A stretch of DNA of 64,000 nucleotides from Octopus vulgaris (GCA_951406725.2 OX597822.1:3720001-3784000); one strand, 5' to 3'; positions 1 to 14,102 are shown, counted from the stretch's first letter. A program made the numbers and translations. Notes: generated by a model not told the origin, from the sequence alone.

Positions 1-670
1 GAGTTAGTGGTGTTAATTGAAAGGCTTGTAGTGTTCTGTATTATGTTATATGTTCATATTGAGTTGTGGAAGATATTTATAGATGAAAGTTGCCTCTTGA
101 TTCATTCTGTATTGTACTGAGGTATTCCGTGAACATTGATAGAAGGGGAAATTAGGAAATTAAGATTAAGATATATATATATATATATATATATAATTTG
201 GATATAGAAGCTGAAGATTTCGAAGCAGTTGTCTGTCTTTCTCTTTGGTATTCGAGGAGATATTCACATCACCAGGACAACTAACCTGTCAGATGGTTAT
301 GCCAGTACAGACGATACGCCGCTATTCCTGAAAAGAAATAATGAGATTTTGATTAACGTTACAATACCTTTGATTATAGAGTAGCTGAAATTGAGCTGGC
401 CTGGGATTAAAGAAAAACAACAACTTCAATAAAAGAGCCATAAAACCACACAGCTTTCTACTCTGGCAAGACAATAAGAGTAGTAGTTTTATAAAGCAGC
501 TAGCCATGCAAGAAATAGAAGCCTAGTATCTGCCTATTGATAAAATACCTTCATATTTTTTTTTGATTCCGAAAGAGTAAAAACCAACCAAAAGAAATGA
601 ATTTATTAAAAAGTTGTTATAAATATAGTACTGACAACGTCACGCACGCGTTTTCGGATAGGATACATAA

Positions 671-800
671 CGAGCACTCCGGCGGTTACAACGACTAGGA
701 TTCCAGTTGATCCGATCTACGGAACAACCTGTTCGTAAAATTAACGTACAATTGGTTGGGCACAACTGAAACATGTGCACCCTTAACGTAGTTCTCAGCA
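671..800 (-). mobile_element. 3' fragment of tRNA-derived SINE (same tail as copy at 14166-14530)
   Basis: Reverse complement matches the 14445-14530 segment (gagaactac.ttaagggt.cac.t.t...cagccaattg.acgt.aattt). Confidence 0.65.
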
Positions 801-1127
801 GTCAAACATACACACATACTAAGTTTAACTTCATACTTTAGACGAATAGTACAATTGATAAATTTCTTTATTAAATATCTGTTATACTAACCATATCCCA
901 TTATGTATTATCCAGAATTGTGCTCAGATCTGGAGTGGAACAAATACGAGAAGGCATCTCTTCCAACGTTCTTACAGGATCTCCAACCTTTTATACTGGG
1001 TTGTTATCGTTATTAATCCAACGAAATTTGAGACAAACTTTATCTGAGTGGGATATGAACTTAGCATGTGCATTGCAGATAAAATGCACAACATATACAT
1101 GTATGTATGTATGTATGTATGTATGTA

Positions 1128-2400
1128 TCAGGTCATCCCATAAGTTCCGTCCGAATTTTGAATAAAGAAAACAAATGATCAAATGTTATATTTAATTGAA
1201 ATTTAATTATCAATGTACTTTCCCTGATTATCTATGACTTCCCTCCATCTATTTACAAGCTTTTTAATCCCATCAATGTAAAACTCTTTTGGTTTCCAAG
1301 CCAAGAACTATGAAATGTCAGTTTCGACTTCCTCCTGGCTTGCGAAAGTTATGTCCCCCAAATGATTCTGTAAACTATGAAACAAATGGTAGTCTGGAGG
1401 AGCAAGGTCGGGAGAATAAGGTGGATGAGGAATTTTTTCCCAACCAAGCTCTTCGATCTTCAGTGATGGGGTCGCGCATTGTACTGATGAAACATCACTC
1501 CTTTTCGATTCACTAAAGAGGGTCTTTTTTTTTCTTTAAAGCTTGGTTCAAACGCTCTAATTACGGACAGTAGACTTTCGCATTGATTGTTGCATTAGGT
1601 GGTAACAATTCAAAGTGAATTACTCCTTTGCAATCCCACCAGATAGAGAGAAGAACCTTTTTTCCATGAAGTTCCCTTCTCGGTTGTGCTTAAACTTTTT
1701 TTCCCTTTTACCAAGCCACTGTTTACGACGTTTAACATTTCGATAGGGGATCCATTTTTCCTCACCAGTTACAAGTCTGTCCAAAAAAGATGAAATGAGT
1801 TCGCGGGAATGGAGAGAAGAGCAGATGTCAACTCAGGATATGCGGTTGCTTTCGGACAATTCATGAGGCACCCATTTTCCAAGTTTAGGAACCTTTCCAA
1901 GTTGTTGAAGATGACGATGAACAGTCGTATGGTTTGAACTATGCTTTATTGCCAATTCTTCAACTGATAATGCAGGATTTTCTTCAAGTAATGCCTCAAG
2001 GAACTTATCATCAAACTCAACTGGATGTCCTGTTCGATCTTCATCTTCAAGGCTGAAATCTCCACTTCTGAATTTTGCAAACCATCTTCTGCAAGTTTTT
2101 TCATTCAAGCATTCTTTCCCATAAACTGAGTGTATGTTTCGAGTCGTTCCGGCTGCAGAGTTTCCTTTTTTTGTTCTCATAAAGCATTATGTGCCTTAAA
2201 TGCTGTTTGGATACTTTCATTTTAGAAAGGGTTTTAATGAAAGAAATTTAAATTCTATTATTCTGTAAAATAATATTTAATTAGTTTAAATGTACACAAA
2301 TACATAAAAATAATCTTTAATGCCATTAAACGTTCTAAAATACTATTAAATTTCATTTAATTTTAAAAAGGGTAAAATCGGAGAGAACTTATGGGATGAC

Positions 2401-2404
<4 letters not shown>
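1128..2404 (-). mobile_element. Full-length decayed mariner DNA transposon (1277 bp)
   Basis: TIRs tcaggtcatcccataagttccgtccgaatttt (1128-1159) and aaaatcggagagaacttatgggatgacctga (ending 2404), TA on both sides; length typical of mariner; transposase motifs inside. Confidence 0.95.
1200..2220 (-). pseudogene. Mariner transposase pseudogene (frameshifts and stops)
   Basis: Starts MKVSKQHLRHIML at 2220; ORF 1833-2180 has HTH region RRWFAKFRSGDFSLEDEDRTG and WVPHEL; LVTGEEKW near 1750-1780 (first catalytic D changed to E); YSPDLAPPDYHLF at about 1381-1420. The 3' limit is approximate. Confidence 0.9.
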
Positions 2405-2463
<59 letters not shown>

Positions 2464-2726
2464 GTGTGTGTGTGTGTGTGTGTGAGTGTGTGTGCATAAA
2501 TAATAAGGATAAAAAATTGATATTAATCTGACTAATATCAATTTAAACCAGTGGCTTAGCATATAGAAAAAATATGTAGATTCAGAAAAATTATATTACA
2601 TACAAAGAGACAATGGTATCATTGAGACCCAAAGGTGTCAAGTAATGGGTATAAGTGGTATAGACAGACCATACTTATATTCATGCACACACACACATAT
2701 GTATACATAGATGCATACATATTTCT

Positions 2727-2759
<33 letters not shown>

Positions 2760-3569
2760 CTTATGTATATATATGTATATATAAGTAAGTCTGTGTCTGT
2801 ATATAAATTTATATATATATATATCCATCCATATATCTTCAGATGTTCGTATATTTTCATATACATATTCATGTGCTTATATTCTTAATGCATAAGCATG
2901 CCGATTTATTTACAACAAAATGGCTTTACACAGCTGCTGTATAAAACTGCATTTCTAATAAGATATACAGTGCAGCAAATTGCAGAGATGCAAACAGATA
3001 AACCTGATATATATATTCCTGTTCGATGCATCTAGGGTAACAGAGAAATATGCAGCCTGTTTTGTGCATTGCAGCATTTAGTTGTTGCTTGTGTTTGGTG
3101 CTGCATCGTCAGCTTGCTTGTGCATCTGCAGAGTTTTCAAGCTTCCACTTGACAGACAGAGCAAGGTGACCAAATATATCGATGACGTAAATATGTGTGC
3201 ATAACAAGAGACTTCTGTGTGTGTGTGTGTGTGTGTGTGTATTTATATATATATATATATGCGTGTGTGTGTATATGCGCATGTATGTATATGCTATGCG
3301 TTTATATTTTAAGTACGTTCGTGTTTCTTTGGTTTCCGCAAGTGGATGCGTGTATATGAATGCGTGCACTTTTTTTATGATTTCTGCTATATATATTTAT
3401 TTCCTGGTGGTTCCATGGTTTGTAATAATTGCTCTCTCGCGACACATATGCCGATATACATACACCATACATATATATATATATATATATGCATATACAT
3501 ATATATATGTATATGCATATGTATATATATATATATATATATGCATATATATATATATATGTATGTATG

Positions 3570-3614
<45 letters not shown>

Positions 3615-3949
3615 CTTTCTTGGCAGTCATGGCTCTATCTCTCCCTCTGCCCGTCTCTCTTCCTCTTTACCCCTCTCTATTTCTCATTTTGCTTACGTCT
3701 ATCAGCCTCTTGCTCTATGTTTCTTCCTTTCTCCCTCTCTCTTTCTTTCTCCTTCTCTCTATCTCTGTCTTTCTCCCTCTCTCTCTCTCTCTCTCTTTCG
3801 TTCTCCCTCTCTCTCCCTCCCTCTTAATATATGCATACATATAAGCCACACAACTTTAATACATTTAATGTTATGGAATAGATTATATATGCTGTTATAT
3901 ATGCAATATATATATATATATGTACATGTATATGCACGCAAATATCTAT

Positions 3950-3997
<48 letters not shown>

Positions 3998-4727
3998 ATG
4001 CACGCAAATATCTATCTTTATATATATATATATATACACATACATAAATACATATATACATACATACATAAATACATACATACATATATACATACATACA
4101 TACATACATATAGACACACACACTTCCATATAAGTACATATATGTGTAGGGCTGCATGTTTGTCGATGTTCTCGTGTGTGACTCTGTGTGTATGTGTGTG
4201 CGTGTGTGTGTGTGCGGGTCCGCGCGAATTATTTGTCTATCAAAACGACGTTTGTGCTTCTGTATATGTTCCTGATACTGTGTGCGTGTGTTTTCTGGTT
4301 TCGATTTGTTTGCTCTGTATTCTTGGAAATAGCATCTAGCATCAGTTAATTCCTCATTATGTTCTTTGCTTTAACTACCATTTTATTGGAGCGGTGCGGC
4401 TTCATGCCAGACTATCAGGAATCCATTATAAGTGCGAGGTGTCAACCTCTATTTCTAGCAAAATAAGCCCTACTCAATAAAATATAACTGCTACATGCAC
4501 AAAGAAATATATTTCTATACCAATGCCTTTGTGTATGTGTGTATGTGTATGCATGCGTGTCTATGCATGTATAAACGGGTTTGCGCTTGTGTGAATGCGT
4601 GTATATATGTGTATGCATGCATGCATATATATATGCACAAATATATATACATATTTTTAAATATATATGTTTGTGTGTTTATATGCATATATAGAGAGAG
4701 AGATTTAGATTTATGTATATATATTCG

Positions 4728-4808
<81 letters not shown>

Positions 4809-5299
4809 ATGTATACACATATATACACGCATTCACACTAGCGCAAACCCATTAATATATGCCCAAATATATATACATAAATATATCTAAGTATATATGG
4901 GTACATACATACATACGTACATACATACATGCAAACATACATGCATACATACATACATACATACATACAAAATACATACATACATACATGCATACATACA
5001 TACATACATATATCCAAATATGCATGTGTACATGCCGACATGCTCCTATGCATATATGATGGCTTTCAAGTCATGACCAAATACACCATCGCTAACCATT
5101 AAGACCATTGTGTACTCAGACGAAATTATACTTTACACTTGTGGCCCCGTTGATGACTACATCCGTAGATATTACAGGTCAAACTTCTTCCATTCACTAC
5201 GTTTTTATTCAGCTCGTCTAAATTCTGCATGAGACATGCATGTTTCTTTGACAATAATGACTCCTTCGCTTGTTTTCTCCACTGGTGGCAATAGCAATT

Positions 5300-5700
5300 A
5301 TTTCTTTCTCAGTTGACTTCCTATACTTTCAACGAGGACTTTACACAATCCTTAAACTGTAGTTATTTCTGTTGGTACCGATGTCCACAAGTATGTTTTG
5401 TAGTATCTGTTCTTTCGATTATTCATATGAACAAACTTTACTTGTGCAACTTCGCCCCAATGCTCAGGACATCTGCTAGCCTCAACGCCTCTGTATCTGA
5501 ATTTCGCAAGGATCAGCCAACACTCAGAATGTGTTTCATACATTTTTGAGGGAAGCTTTCAAGAAATCCTAAATTCGGTCTAAGCAATAGCCTGGACAAA
5601 GTTGATCTAATATTCCTGCCTGCACCTGGAGACACGAGAAACTATACGAGTTGAACGGAAAATATTGAAAGTGGTAGACAAGTCTCTATCTGGTCAGAAC
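5300..5700 (-). mobile_element. Degraded RTE-clade LINE, C-terminal region
   Basis: Minus-strand translation FLESFPQKCMKHILSVG*SLRNSDTEALRLADVLSIGAKLHK resembles the RTE C-terminal LE.FHQ.CLR.IL...W.D.I.DTEVL block. Confidence 0.55.
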
Positions 5701-7069
5701 AGTCAGCCTTCTTGATACTTGGATGATGAAATATCTTTAAGGCTTCGTGGGGCATTTGGTTCCTTCTGAGTTCTTGAGTTTCATGCTTGGTCCCAACTTA
5801 ACATCACGAGAGAACAAAAGTTAATGTATGCCGTGCGTGTGTGCTGACACCGCTCCTTTGCTTACCTGAGGCATGGACCCTTTGCATACATGCATACACG
5901 CATGCCTGCATACATACACACGTACATACATGCACACATACATATATACATACATACATGCATACACACATACATACATACAAGCATACATACAAACATA
6001 CACACATACATGCATACGTACAAACATACATACATATATACACATATATGCATGCATGCATACATGGTGGCTGCCCCCTCGTTATCGAGTATGGCCATTG
6101 CACGAAGCTTAATCAATGTTGTTATCATGCAATGCCTGTGCAAGAATACTTTTTTTAAAAGTGAGGAAAGGCTGTGCACTGAGTCAATCCCACTCACTAA
6201 GCAACAGCAGCCATAATCCGAAAAGAAAAACAAGTCAACATCATCGGTAACCACTGAGCCGCAGATTTTATGTCGGAGTTATCCCAGTTATCTGAGTTAC
6301 TTCTCCTAGAAGGATGCCCTAACAAATGCTAGGAGTCCTTCACTCCCAATGATTTAAACGCGCGATCGGGTATTCAGTCCGATTATTTCTATGTCCCCGC
6401 GCATGATACAGCGTTAAGACATTTATTGGATGGCCGTTGATTCTCAAGAGTTCCTCCGCCCTTTGGCAGGTTTTGTTTTTCATCCCGCAGGGTGTCCAAT
6501 AAACACCCTCCTCACCAAGAAGCTTGGTGGGGTTGCCGGTTTAGTCGCCGACGACCCGACCATGCAACAGCTTGTACTGGGTTACATGTTACCAGTAGCA
6601 CTCGAAAGTGACCTGACATATGCATACACACATACAGGCATATGCATACACACATACATACAAGCATACATACAAACATACATACAAGCATACATACAAA
6701 CATGCATACAAGCATACATACAAACATACATACAGACATGCATACATACAAACATACATACATATATACACACATATATGCATGCATGCATGCATACATA
6801 CACGTATACAGACATATGCAATGCAACCATTGAAGGATGATTTTATGAACAAATGATTTTGTAATCTCTGATATTTCCCCAGCGGTGATTTTGTGCAAAA
6901 CTGTCACCTGTGTTCTTTGACTTCGTATATGTTAGTGACAAAGGGCAATGTTCTCATGTTCTCTATCGGGAACGTAAATACTTAAATGCATAAATTTTCG
7001 TGTACATTACGTACATTACCCTCGTGCAGAAATGTAATGAAAGGAATTTTCCGTTTGCTTCGTCTATTC

Positions 7070-7514
7070 GGATCTTTTCGGTTTGAACGGTAGTTTTTTA
7101 ACATAATTTCTAGGTAACTAAACATTTTTAATCCTTGTATACTGGTAGAATGTGTTTATAAAACATCTTTTCCTCTTGGCTTTATTGAGAAAATTCTATA
7201 GTTTGTAAGATATTTGTTGGTTTTTTTTCTTGAATTTCTGCAATTTCAAACAATCAATGACGTCTACTGAGGTAAAAAAAAAACATGCTGTGCCGTATGA
7301 ATATGTCCCTCGTTTAAGAAATAGATTGGGTTTATTTACATCTGTGAAGAAAAAAAAGGTACTCTTCTCCCCACCCTAACCCTAACCCTAACCCTAACTA
7401 TCCCTAAACATAAAACAGATTGAAATGCAATGGATCGATACTAGGGTCATAATTATGGGTGACAATTTCATATGACACCGCTAGAAAAAACTGCCGTTCA
7501 AACCGAAAAGATCC
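7070..7514. mobile_element. MITE with GG-terminal TIRs and 8-bp TSD (Merlin-like), containing (CCCTAA)n
   Basis: TIR ggatcttttcggtttgaacggtagtttttt / aaaaaactgccgttcaaaccgaaaagatcc; exact TSD gtctattc at 7062-7069 and 7515-7522; telomeric hexamers at about 7374-7408. Confidence 0.85.
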
Positions 7515-7827
7515 GTCTATTCATTTTTTTTCTTTTGCTATTTTTCGCTTATCGTACAAATATTCTTTGTTTATGCTTAATACCCCAGGGAGGGAGAAAG
7601 GAGAGACAGACAGACAGAAGAAACAGAGAGGAGAGAGACGGAAAGAGACAGAAGGAGAGAGAGACGGAAAGGGAGAAAGAGATGGTTGGATGCATGGATG
7701 ATTGCATGATTGAGTAGATGGATGTGTGTATGTTCATAAATATATGAAAGCGTATGTATAAAGTTATATATATTTACATGTAGAATTTTCTGTATGTATA
7801 TACATATGTATGTATGATTGCATGTAG

Positions 7828-7828
<1 letters not shown>

Positions 7829-7921
<93 letters not shown>
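7829..7921. repeat. (AAT)n microsatellite, 5' target of the R4/Dong-like element
   Basis: About 31 perfect AAT units directly read. Confidence 0.97.
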
Positions 7922-7923
<2 letters not shown>

Positions 7924-9746
7924 GCGCAGTACGGGTATAAAATGTTTGATAAAAATATAAATCATCTCGTTTACATGGATGATTTAAAGCTTTTTGCAAA
8001 AAATGATCAACAACTCAAGGGCTTACTAGCGATAGTCAAACAATTCAGTGACGACATCAGAATGCAATTCGGCCTCGATAAATGTGCAAAGGCTACCTTT
8101 ATCAAAGGAAAAATGACAGAAACATCTAACGTTAACCTTGACCAACAGAATGTAATAAAAGAACTAGACCCAGCGGAGAGCTACAAGTACCTAGGGGTAA
8201 TTGAAGGGGACGGAATAAGGCATTCAGTGATGAAGGAAAGGATCAGGAGAGAATGCTATCGAAGAGTGAGAGCAATACTCAAGACAGAGCTGAATGCAAG
8301 AAACAGGATCGAAGCGATCAATGCATTAGCCATACCAGTCGTGACTTACAGTTTCAATATTGTTAACTGGTCAATTACTGAAATATGTCAGCTCGACAGA
8401 AAAATAAGGAAACTGTTGACAATGCATAGAATGCACCACCCTAAGGCAGATACAGAACGACTCTATCTGCCAAGAAAAGAGGGAGGCCGTGGTCTTTTGC
8501 AACTGGCAATAACAATGAAGATTGCTACAATTGGCCTAGACACCTACCTGAAAAACTCTGAGGACTGGATGTTAAAACTTGTCTCAAAACATGAAAACAA
8601 GAAAGCATCATACTCAGTCACAAAACAGGCAAAGGAATATCTAAGTGAATTTCAATACAACCAATTTCGGAATTAGAGATAGATATACAAGAAACAAGCA
8701 CAGAAAAAGCTAGGCGCATGAAAACCTGTGCCAAAACTGCGGCCTTAGATATTCTGAATGATAAATGGCAAGAAAAACCTCTCTATGGCAAATACCCAAA
8801 GAGAGCGAATAATGCAGATATCGACAAAGCCCTGACCCATCAATGGCTAATGGCCTCTGGCTTAAAATCTGAAACAGAGGGGTTTATCATAGCAGCTCAA
8901 GATCAATGCCTACCAACAAGAAACTACCAGGCCAACATATTAAAGAACGGCAGTAGCCCAACATGTCGTGTATGCCGACAACAAAATGAAACCATTGACC
9001 ATGTTGTCTCCAAATGCAGTCTTCTAGCGCCTACAGAGTACCTCAGTAGGCATGATAGAGCTGCACAATATATTCACTGGGTAATTTGCAAAAACCTGGA
9101 TTTGCCCCATGAAAAAAACTGGTGCGAACACAATCCACCTCCTGTGCTTGAAAATGACCACATCTCACTCCTCTGGAACTTCACCATTCAAACTGACAGG
9201 AAGATAGATGCAAATAGGCCAGACATTATATTGAAAGACTTCAGACAAAGAACATGCCTCCTCATTGATATGACTGTCCCAATCGATATAAACGTATCTG
9301 TCAAGACCTACCAAAAACTGAGCAAATATAAAGATCTTGAAATAGAAATCAGCAAAATGTGGAAGCTGAAGACTAAAACAATACCTGTTGTCATAGGTGC
9401 CCTGGGAATGATAGCGAAAGGGACTGATTGCTACCTCAGATACCAGGAAACCCCAAAATGGCAGAAATTCAAAAGATAGTGCTCATGGGAACTGCTCATA
9501 TCCTACGCAAAATACTCTCTATGTAATCCCAAGGTTTAAAACAAACTTTTATTTATTTATTTATTTATTTATTATTTTTTTTATGTATTAGACATTCACT
9601 AGTACAACACCAAAAAAAAAAAAACCCAAATATATGGCACAGAACTTCCAACCTGTTGTCTCTTGAGGTCTCTGGGTGAGACTTGGAGCCAACTTGTACA
9701 GACATAAAGCAAAAGTCAAACATAGAATAATAATAATAATAATAAT
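7922..9746 (+). mobile_element. 5'-truncated R4/Dong-type non-LTR retrotransposon (RT C-half, CCHC knuckle, restriction-like endonuclease)
   Basis: RT motifs HLVYMDDLKL, FGLDKC, YKYLG; CRVC...ETIDHVVSKC knuckle; RHD, RPDI, LIDMTVP, KLSKYKDL, PVVIGALG endonuclease motifs; about 200-bp 3' UTR; (TAA)n on both sides. Confidence 0.92.
7942..9526 (+). pseudogene. RT-RLE polyprotein remnant split by two frameshifts
   Basis: ORFs 7942-8676 and 8718-9479 are consecutive parts of one protein; C-terminus IQKIVLMGTAHILRKILSM* ends at 9526 in another frame. Confidence 0.88.
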
Positions 9747-9899
9747 TTTGGTTTCCAAAAGTTGTTAAATATTACTGTGGTTCTAAACGTTTGACCAAAG
9801 CACCACATTTTGCATAGGTTCGCTGTTTTGGGTTGTTAGTGCCCTTTTGGGGGCTGTAATCTCAGAATCAATTTTTCAAAATTTATTAAAAAAATAAAC

Positions 9900-12800
9900 A
9901 AGGCGAAGCCAGGTTTGTTGAAAGACATCGGGTGAGGTGTGCTTCACATTGAGAGGTGCAAAATGCCTTAGTGTCCTACGACTACTACCCACAAATAGAA
10001 GGGGAGACGAGCACACAGCAGGTTCAAATTCTCGAGCAAGAAATGGCCAAATCGTCAATCAAAAATAATAGAAGCAACCAATTCAGCGACTTAAGAAACT
10101 ACGGAGCTGAATTCCCTCCAATCCAATGGAATATTCCAACACAAAAGACAGCTCATAGCAGCACCACCACGACTACAACGAATAAACTAAAGACAGCACA
10201 TAGCAACAGTATCACAACAACCGACTCCACCACCTCCAACACTACAATGAATAACATAATAAATGGCAAAAATTCATTCACTTTAGCGGCAGCCAAGAGC
10301 AAGGAATTCTTTTGCATTGATCTGCTTCAGAAGGACATGCGTCTAGCAGCGGCAGCTAAATTAATAAAACTTGGGAAAAAGTGTGAACGGAAATTACTAT
10401 CGTCATCGAGGTCTTAATAGAAACAAAGACAAAAACTGTGTTGTATAGATTCTTCTCCGTAAACACGAAGTGGCTAGGGATGGAGAGCCAAGCGGACGTG
10501 GAATGGGCACTGAAAAAAATAATGCCGGACATTCTACATATTTCGAGGGCAAAACAGTTTTCGGGCATTTCAGTACTCCTTAAATTTTGAAGCTCTGGTT
10601 ACCAAACACTCCGTGGTTCCTGTCGGGTGTGCTCCATCCATCCTATTTAGGCAGGAGGATGGTTCGCATAAATAAGATGATAGCTAGAATACCGCCGGGG
10701 GTAAAGTTATGATGGGTTGTGGTGATAGTTTTGGAAGGGAGTTACAGCACCCTGGAATTGAGGAGGACACAACATGAAAATTGGTCAGGGACCAGTGTGG
10801 AGGTTCTCCACCACATTCAACCAGAGCTATTCACAAGATCCCAGACCTGATTCGCCTTCCAGGAGGGGATGAATTACATGTTTCAGTTGAGAGTGCCACG
10901 ATGTCACCTATGTGAAGCGGCAGGGCACTTGAGAGCCTAATTCCCTTAGCAGAAGACAGGGAAACATGGAAGTCCCTTACTGCCAACACCAGGTTAGCAA
11001 AAAGCTCAACAACAACGACCAGCAATGAAATCTGCTCCAGCCCCGGAAACAACGGCATCCTCATCATCAAGAACAGTAAAACCAATAAGCGAGGATAAAT
11101 CACTAATACCAGCATCACCTGCAACCCCGGTAGCAAAAGCAACCCCAGCAACAGCAACAGTACCAGCAACAGATGCACCAGGTTCACTCGCTTTAACAAC
11201 AGAAGCTCTATCAACGAAGCTCTTCCTCTCCCTCTTTCTACTTCAAACCCCTTTGACTCACACCCTGATTCCACAGACACAGATTCATCGGCTACACGCA
11301 GCGAAAATGAGAGGAAACCCCCAAAACCGAAAAAAAAAACAATGAAAAGGAAACACAAAAAAACAACATGTCTCACATCAACACACACAGCAAAAAACTT
11401 AGGAAACAAACACACAACTGCCGCAGATACACCTAAAACCTACCCAGCATCACAATAGCAAACTGCTCCATCAACACTACCCCAACTTTAACAACCAACT
11501 AAAACAAAGCACAACAACAACAACACTTAATGGACCTGTTAGCATGAAGGATGTCGAGAGAGTAGGTGTGATCTTTAATACCAGGACTTTTCAAGTACCA
11601 GAAAAACTGTTGGTGCGAATGCCCATAGAGGCATATAAACTAATTAGGGAAAGCTTCCCGCAAGACGTGAAGACCCTTCATGAAAAGGCCACGAGTAGGC
11701 TTTCAAAGGGGTTCCCAGAGAAACCCCAATAACTCATGGACTTTGAGCTACCTGATTTCCGGCGACAACTGAGGAGTAAGTAGACGCCTTTTGTGTCTTC
11801 TCCAAATTCTGTCCGGTAATCATAAGTGGTTTAAGAATAGGAAGTAGGAATGTTCGTGGTCTGGGGTCACCCTGGAAGCAGGGTCACCCTGAAAGCAAGG
11901 TCGCCTGCTCAATGACCTCAAGTTACTATCTGTGGATGTGACAGCCGTCAAAAAAACCAGGATTTACGACACGCGATCTAGTGCCCGTTTTCGATGATTT
12001 TGAGATATACGCATCTCTTAGTCAGCCTGGAATGGAGGGGGAGAAGATTCCAGGTATATATGGTCTGCCCTTCGATCTTTATTTTCATATGCCAGACTTG
12101 TTCGGTGATCTCTTGGCAGATGTCTACTACAACTGGCAGCAGAACGGGAGAATACCGTGGCGTGGTTGTGCTGTCGAGATAGGATCCGAGCAATGGGGAC
12201 CAAATAGATGATTTTCGGCCCATAACTCTGTTAAACAAAGATGATAAGATTGGTCAAGGTGTTAGCCAAGAGGTTTGCGATTGTCGTTATAATCTGGTGG
12301 GCAACGCGCAGAAGTGCGCTTTACTTAATAGATCTATCCACGTGCTACATCATAGAGGGGGTGGGAAACGAATTTGAATCAAACGAAAGATTTTGAAAGA
12401 ATCGACCATCAACATTTAGAGGCTGTCCTTGCAGCGGCCGGCCTCAGTCTCGATTTCAGAGGCTGGAGCGCAGCAGTGTATAGCAGCATCTGTTCTGTGG
12501 TCAAAGTAAACGGCCATCTGTCGGAACCATTTAGCATCACTCGCTCGGTCAGTCAAGAATGCTCACTCTCTCTCTTCACGGAGGAAGTTGGATATTTCGA
12601 GGGGCATCCGGCGTGATCTAGGATGCGGAATTTTCGTGTCGGCTAATGCGAACGACGTCACCCTAATAGTGTCGGACAGCTCACAAATCGAGGTGAGCGG
12701 CTCTACCTTAAGAGAGTACGAAGCGGTGACAAGAGCAAAAATTAATCGGGACAAGTCGGTAGGCCTGCAGCTCGGCGCCTGGAGAGGCAGGTCTATGGTA

Positions 12801-13970
12801 ACCGACAGCGTTGTAGGGCGCTGGTTGGAAGAACCAGTTAAATTGCTCGATGTCTGGTTTAGTCCGGACCTCCAGGTGGGCAAGACCTGTGAGGAGGTGA
12901 TGAGCAGGGTAACTAATCTCACCCAGAAATGGGCAGAGAGGAAGCTATCCCTGAATGGTCGGGCGGTGGGTGGCGAATGCGCACATCGCTTGTGTCATCT
13001 ACTACCACCTGACCGTATTCCCATGCCATGCTTCATAGCTGACTAAGCTGGAGTGCTTGCTCTTCCGCTTTCTGTGGAAGGGACATGTTCCGATCGTCAG
13101 ATGATCCATCTGTTGTCACCAGCCGCTAAGTAGAGGATTTGGCATGCTGTGGCTAATGATACGCAGACACGCACTGAGGCTGCAATAACTCCAGCACTTT
13201 TTTTAACAGTGAAAAGGTATGTTTGCCATTTGTCAAGCTGAATTTTCCGCAGATCCTCTCATTGACGGAGCTACAGTCCTAGGTCAAGCGTAGACCAAGA
13301 AAGGGTTCTTGGCACCTGGAGTTTCAGCAAGAGCTCACAGCTTTCTGCAAAGTCGAGCAATGCGGTTGGTGGAATTCCACCATGGAGTTCAGTAGGGGAT
13401 TAGTGACATGCAAGAGCGACGACGTCTTCGGGAAAACTGTAATCGTCGGGAAGGATCAATTAACTGGTCATTCGGGAGGACTTTCCGGGTTGGGGCCTAT
13501 GGATAACTTCCAGAAATCCTCTGCCGGTACGAAAAAAAGCTCTACAGACGCAGAAGTGCTGTCGGACTGACCTGTCCGAGATGAGTGCAGGGCAACGAAA
13601 CCGTCATGCTCGCATTCGTCCATTGTCCGTGCATTACTAACATGAGGAGTTTTATCGAACAGCTGTTATTACATGTAGGACGGATCCGGTTATCAGTCCA
13701 TCGTGATTATCTCCCCGCCGCCTTCCTTTGGCCGGGAAAAAAAGGCAGCTTTCCTCTGTCTGGTGGCCAAGGGAAAACAAGTAGGGTGGTGGACGAGATT
13801 GAAAGGGCTGAAGACAGATACTTTCCTCTTTGGTGAAGCCCTCATCGACTTTTTCAAGTGGAACTTGAAAAGGAAAATGAGAGTAAGAGGAAAGTTCTGC
13901 CCCCACCCATTCGCCAATAATTTTTTTTTAAAATTGGGTGCATGTGGCGAGAATGGCCCGTGTGAATGTA
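9900..13970 (+). mobile_element. Decayed Tx1/L1-clade LINE (ORF1-like region, APE endonuclease start, RT), internally deleted
   Basis: LRIGSRNVRGLG at 11831 (APE N-terminus); PGIYGLP, FRPITLLN, QTKDFERIDH, VKVNGHLSEPFSITRSVSQECSLS, ANANDVT (decayed YADD), AKINRDKS, LSLNGR. Low-complexity Thr/Ala/Pro ORF fragments at 9956-11732 are taken as ORF1. The 5' boundary is uncertain. Confidence 0.85.
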
Positions 13971-14102
13971 CGCCGAGGTCGACTTTGCCTTTCATCCTTT
14001 TGGAGTCGATTAATAAGTACCACCTACGCACTGGGGTTGATGTAATCAACTTAATCCTTTTCTCCAAATTTGAAGCCTTGTGCTTCGAGTAGAAAGGATT
14101 AT
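13971..14102 (+). mobile_element. 3' half of SINE family D
   Basis: cgccgaggtcgactttgcctttcatcc...aagtacca...gccttgtgc...gtagaaaggattat shared with copies at 24650, 32753, 48050 and 54399. Confidence 0.85.

Noticed and set aside
2890-3140. TGCA/GCAG-rich stretch as a long hairpin or splicing-factor binding cluster
   Set aside because: Complementarity is patchy and no transcript context is known.
6303-6341. Pseudoknot or HDV-like ribozyme (ctccta/taggag and gaagga/tccttc)
   Set aside because: Zero-length crossing loops make simultaneous pairing implausible and the HDV topology could not be assigned; probably part of a LINE 5' region remnant.
7374-7408. True telomere or chromosome-fusion relic
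   Set aside because: Only a few units, located at the same position inside two copies of a TIR element.
7577-7999. Poly-Ile and poly-Leu membrane-protein-like ORFs
   Set aside because: Translation of the (AAT)n tract.
10831-11415. 194-aa hydrophobic ORF on the minus strand
   Set aside because: Antisense shadow of the A/C-rich ORF1-like region of the Tx1-type LINE.
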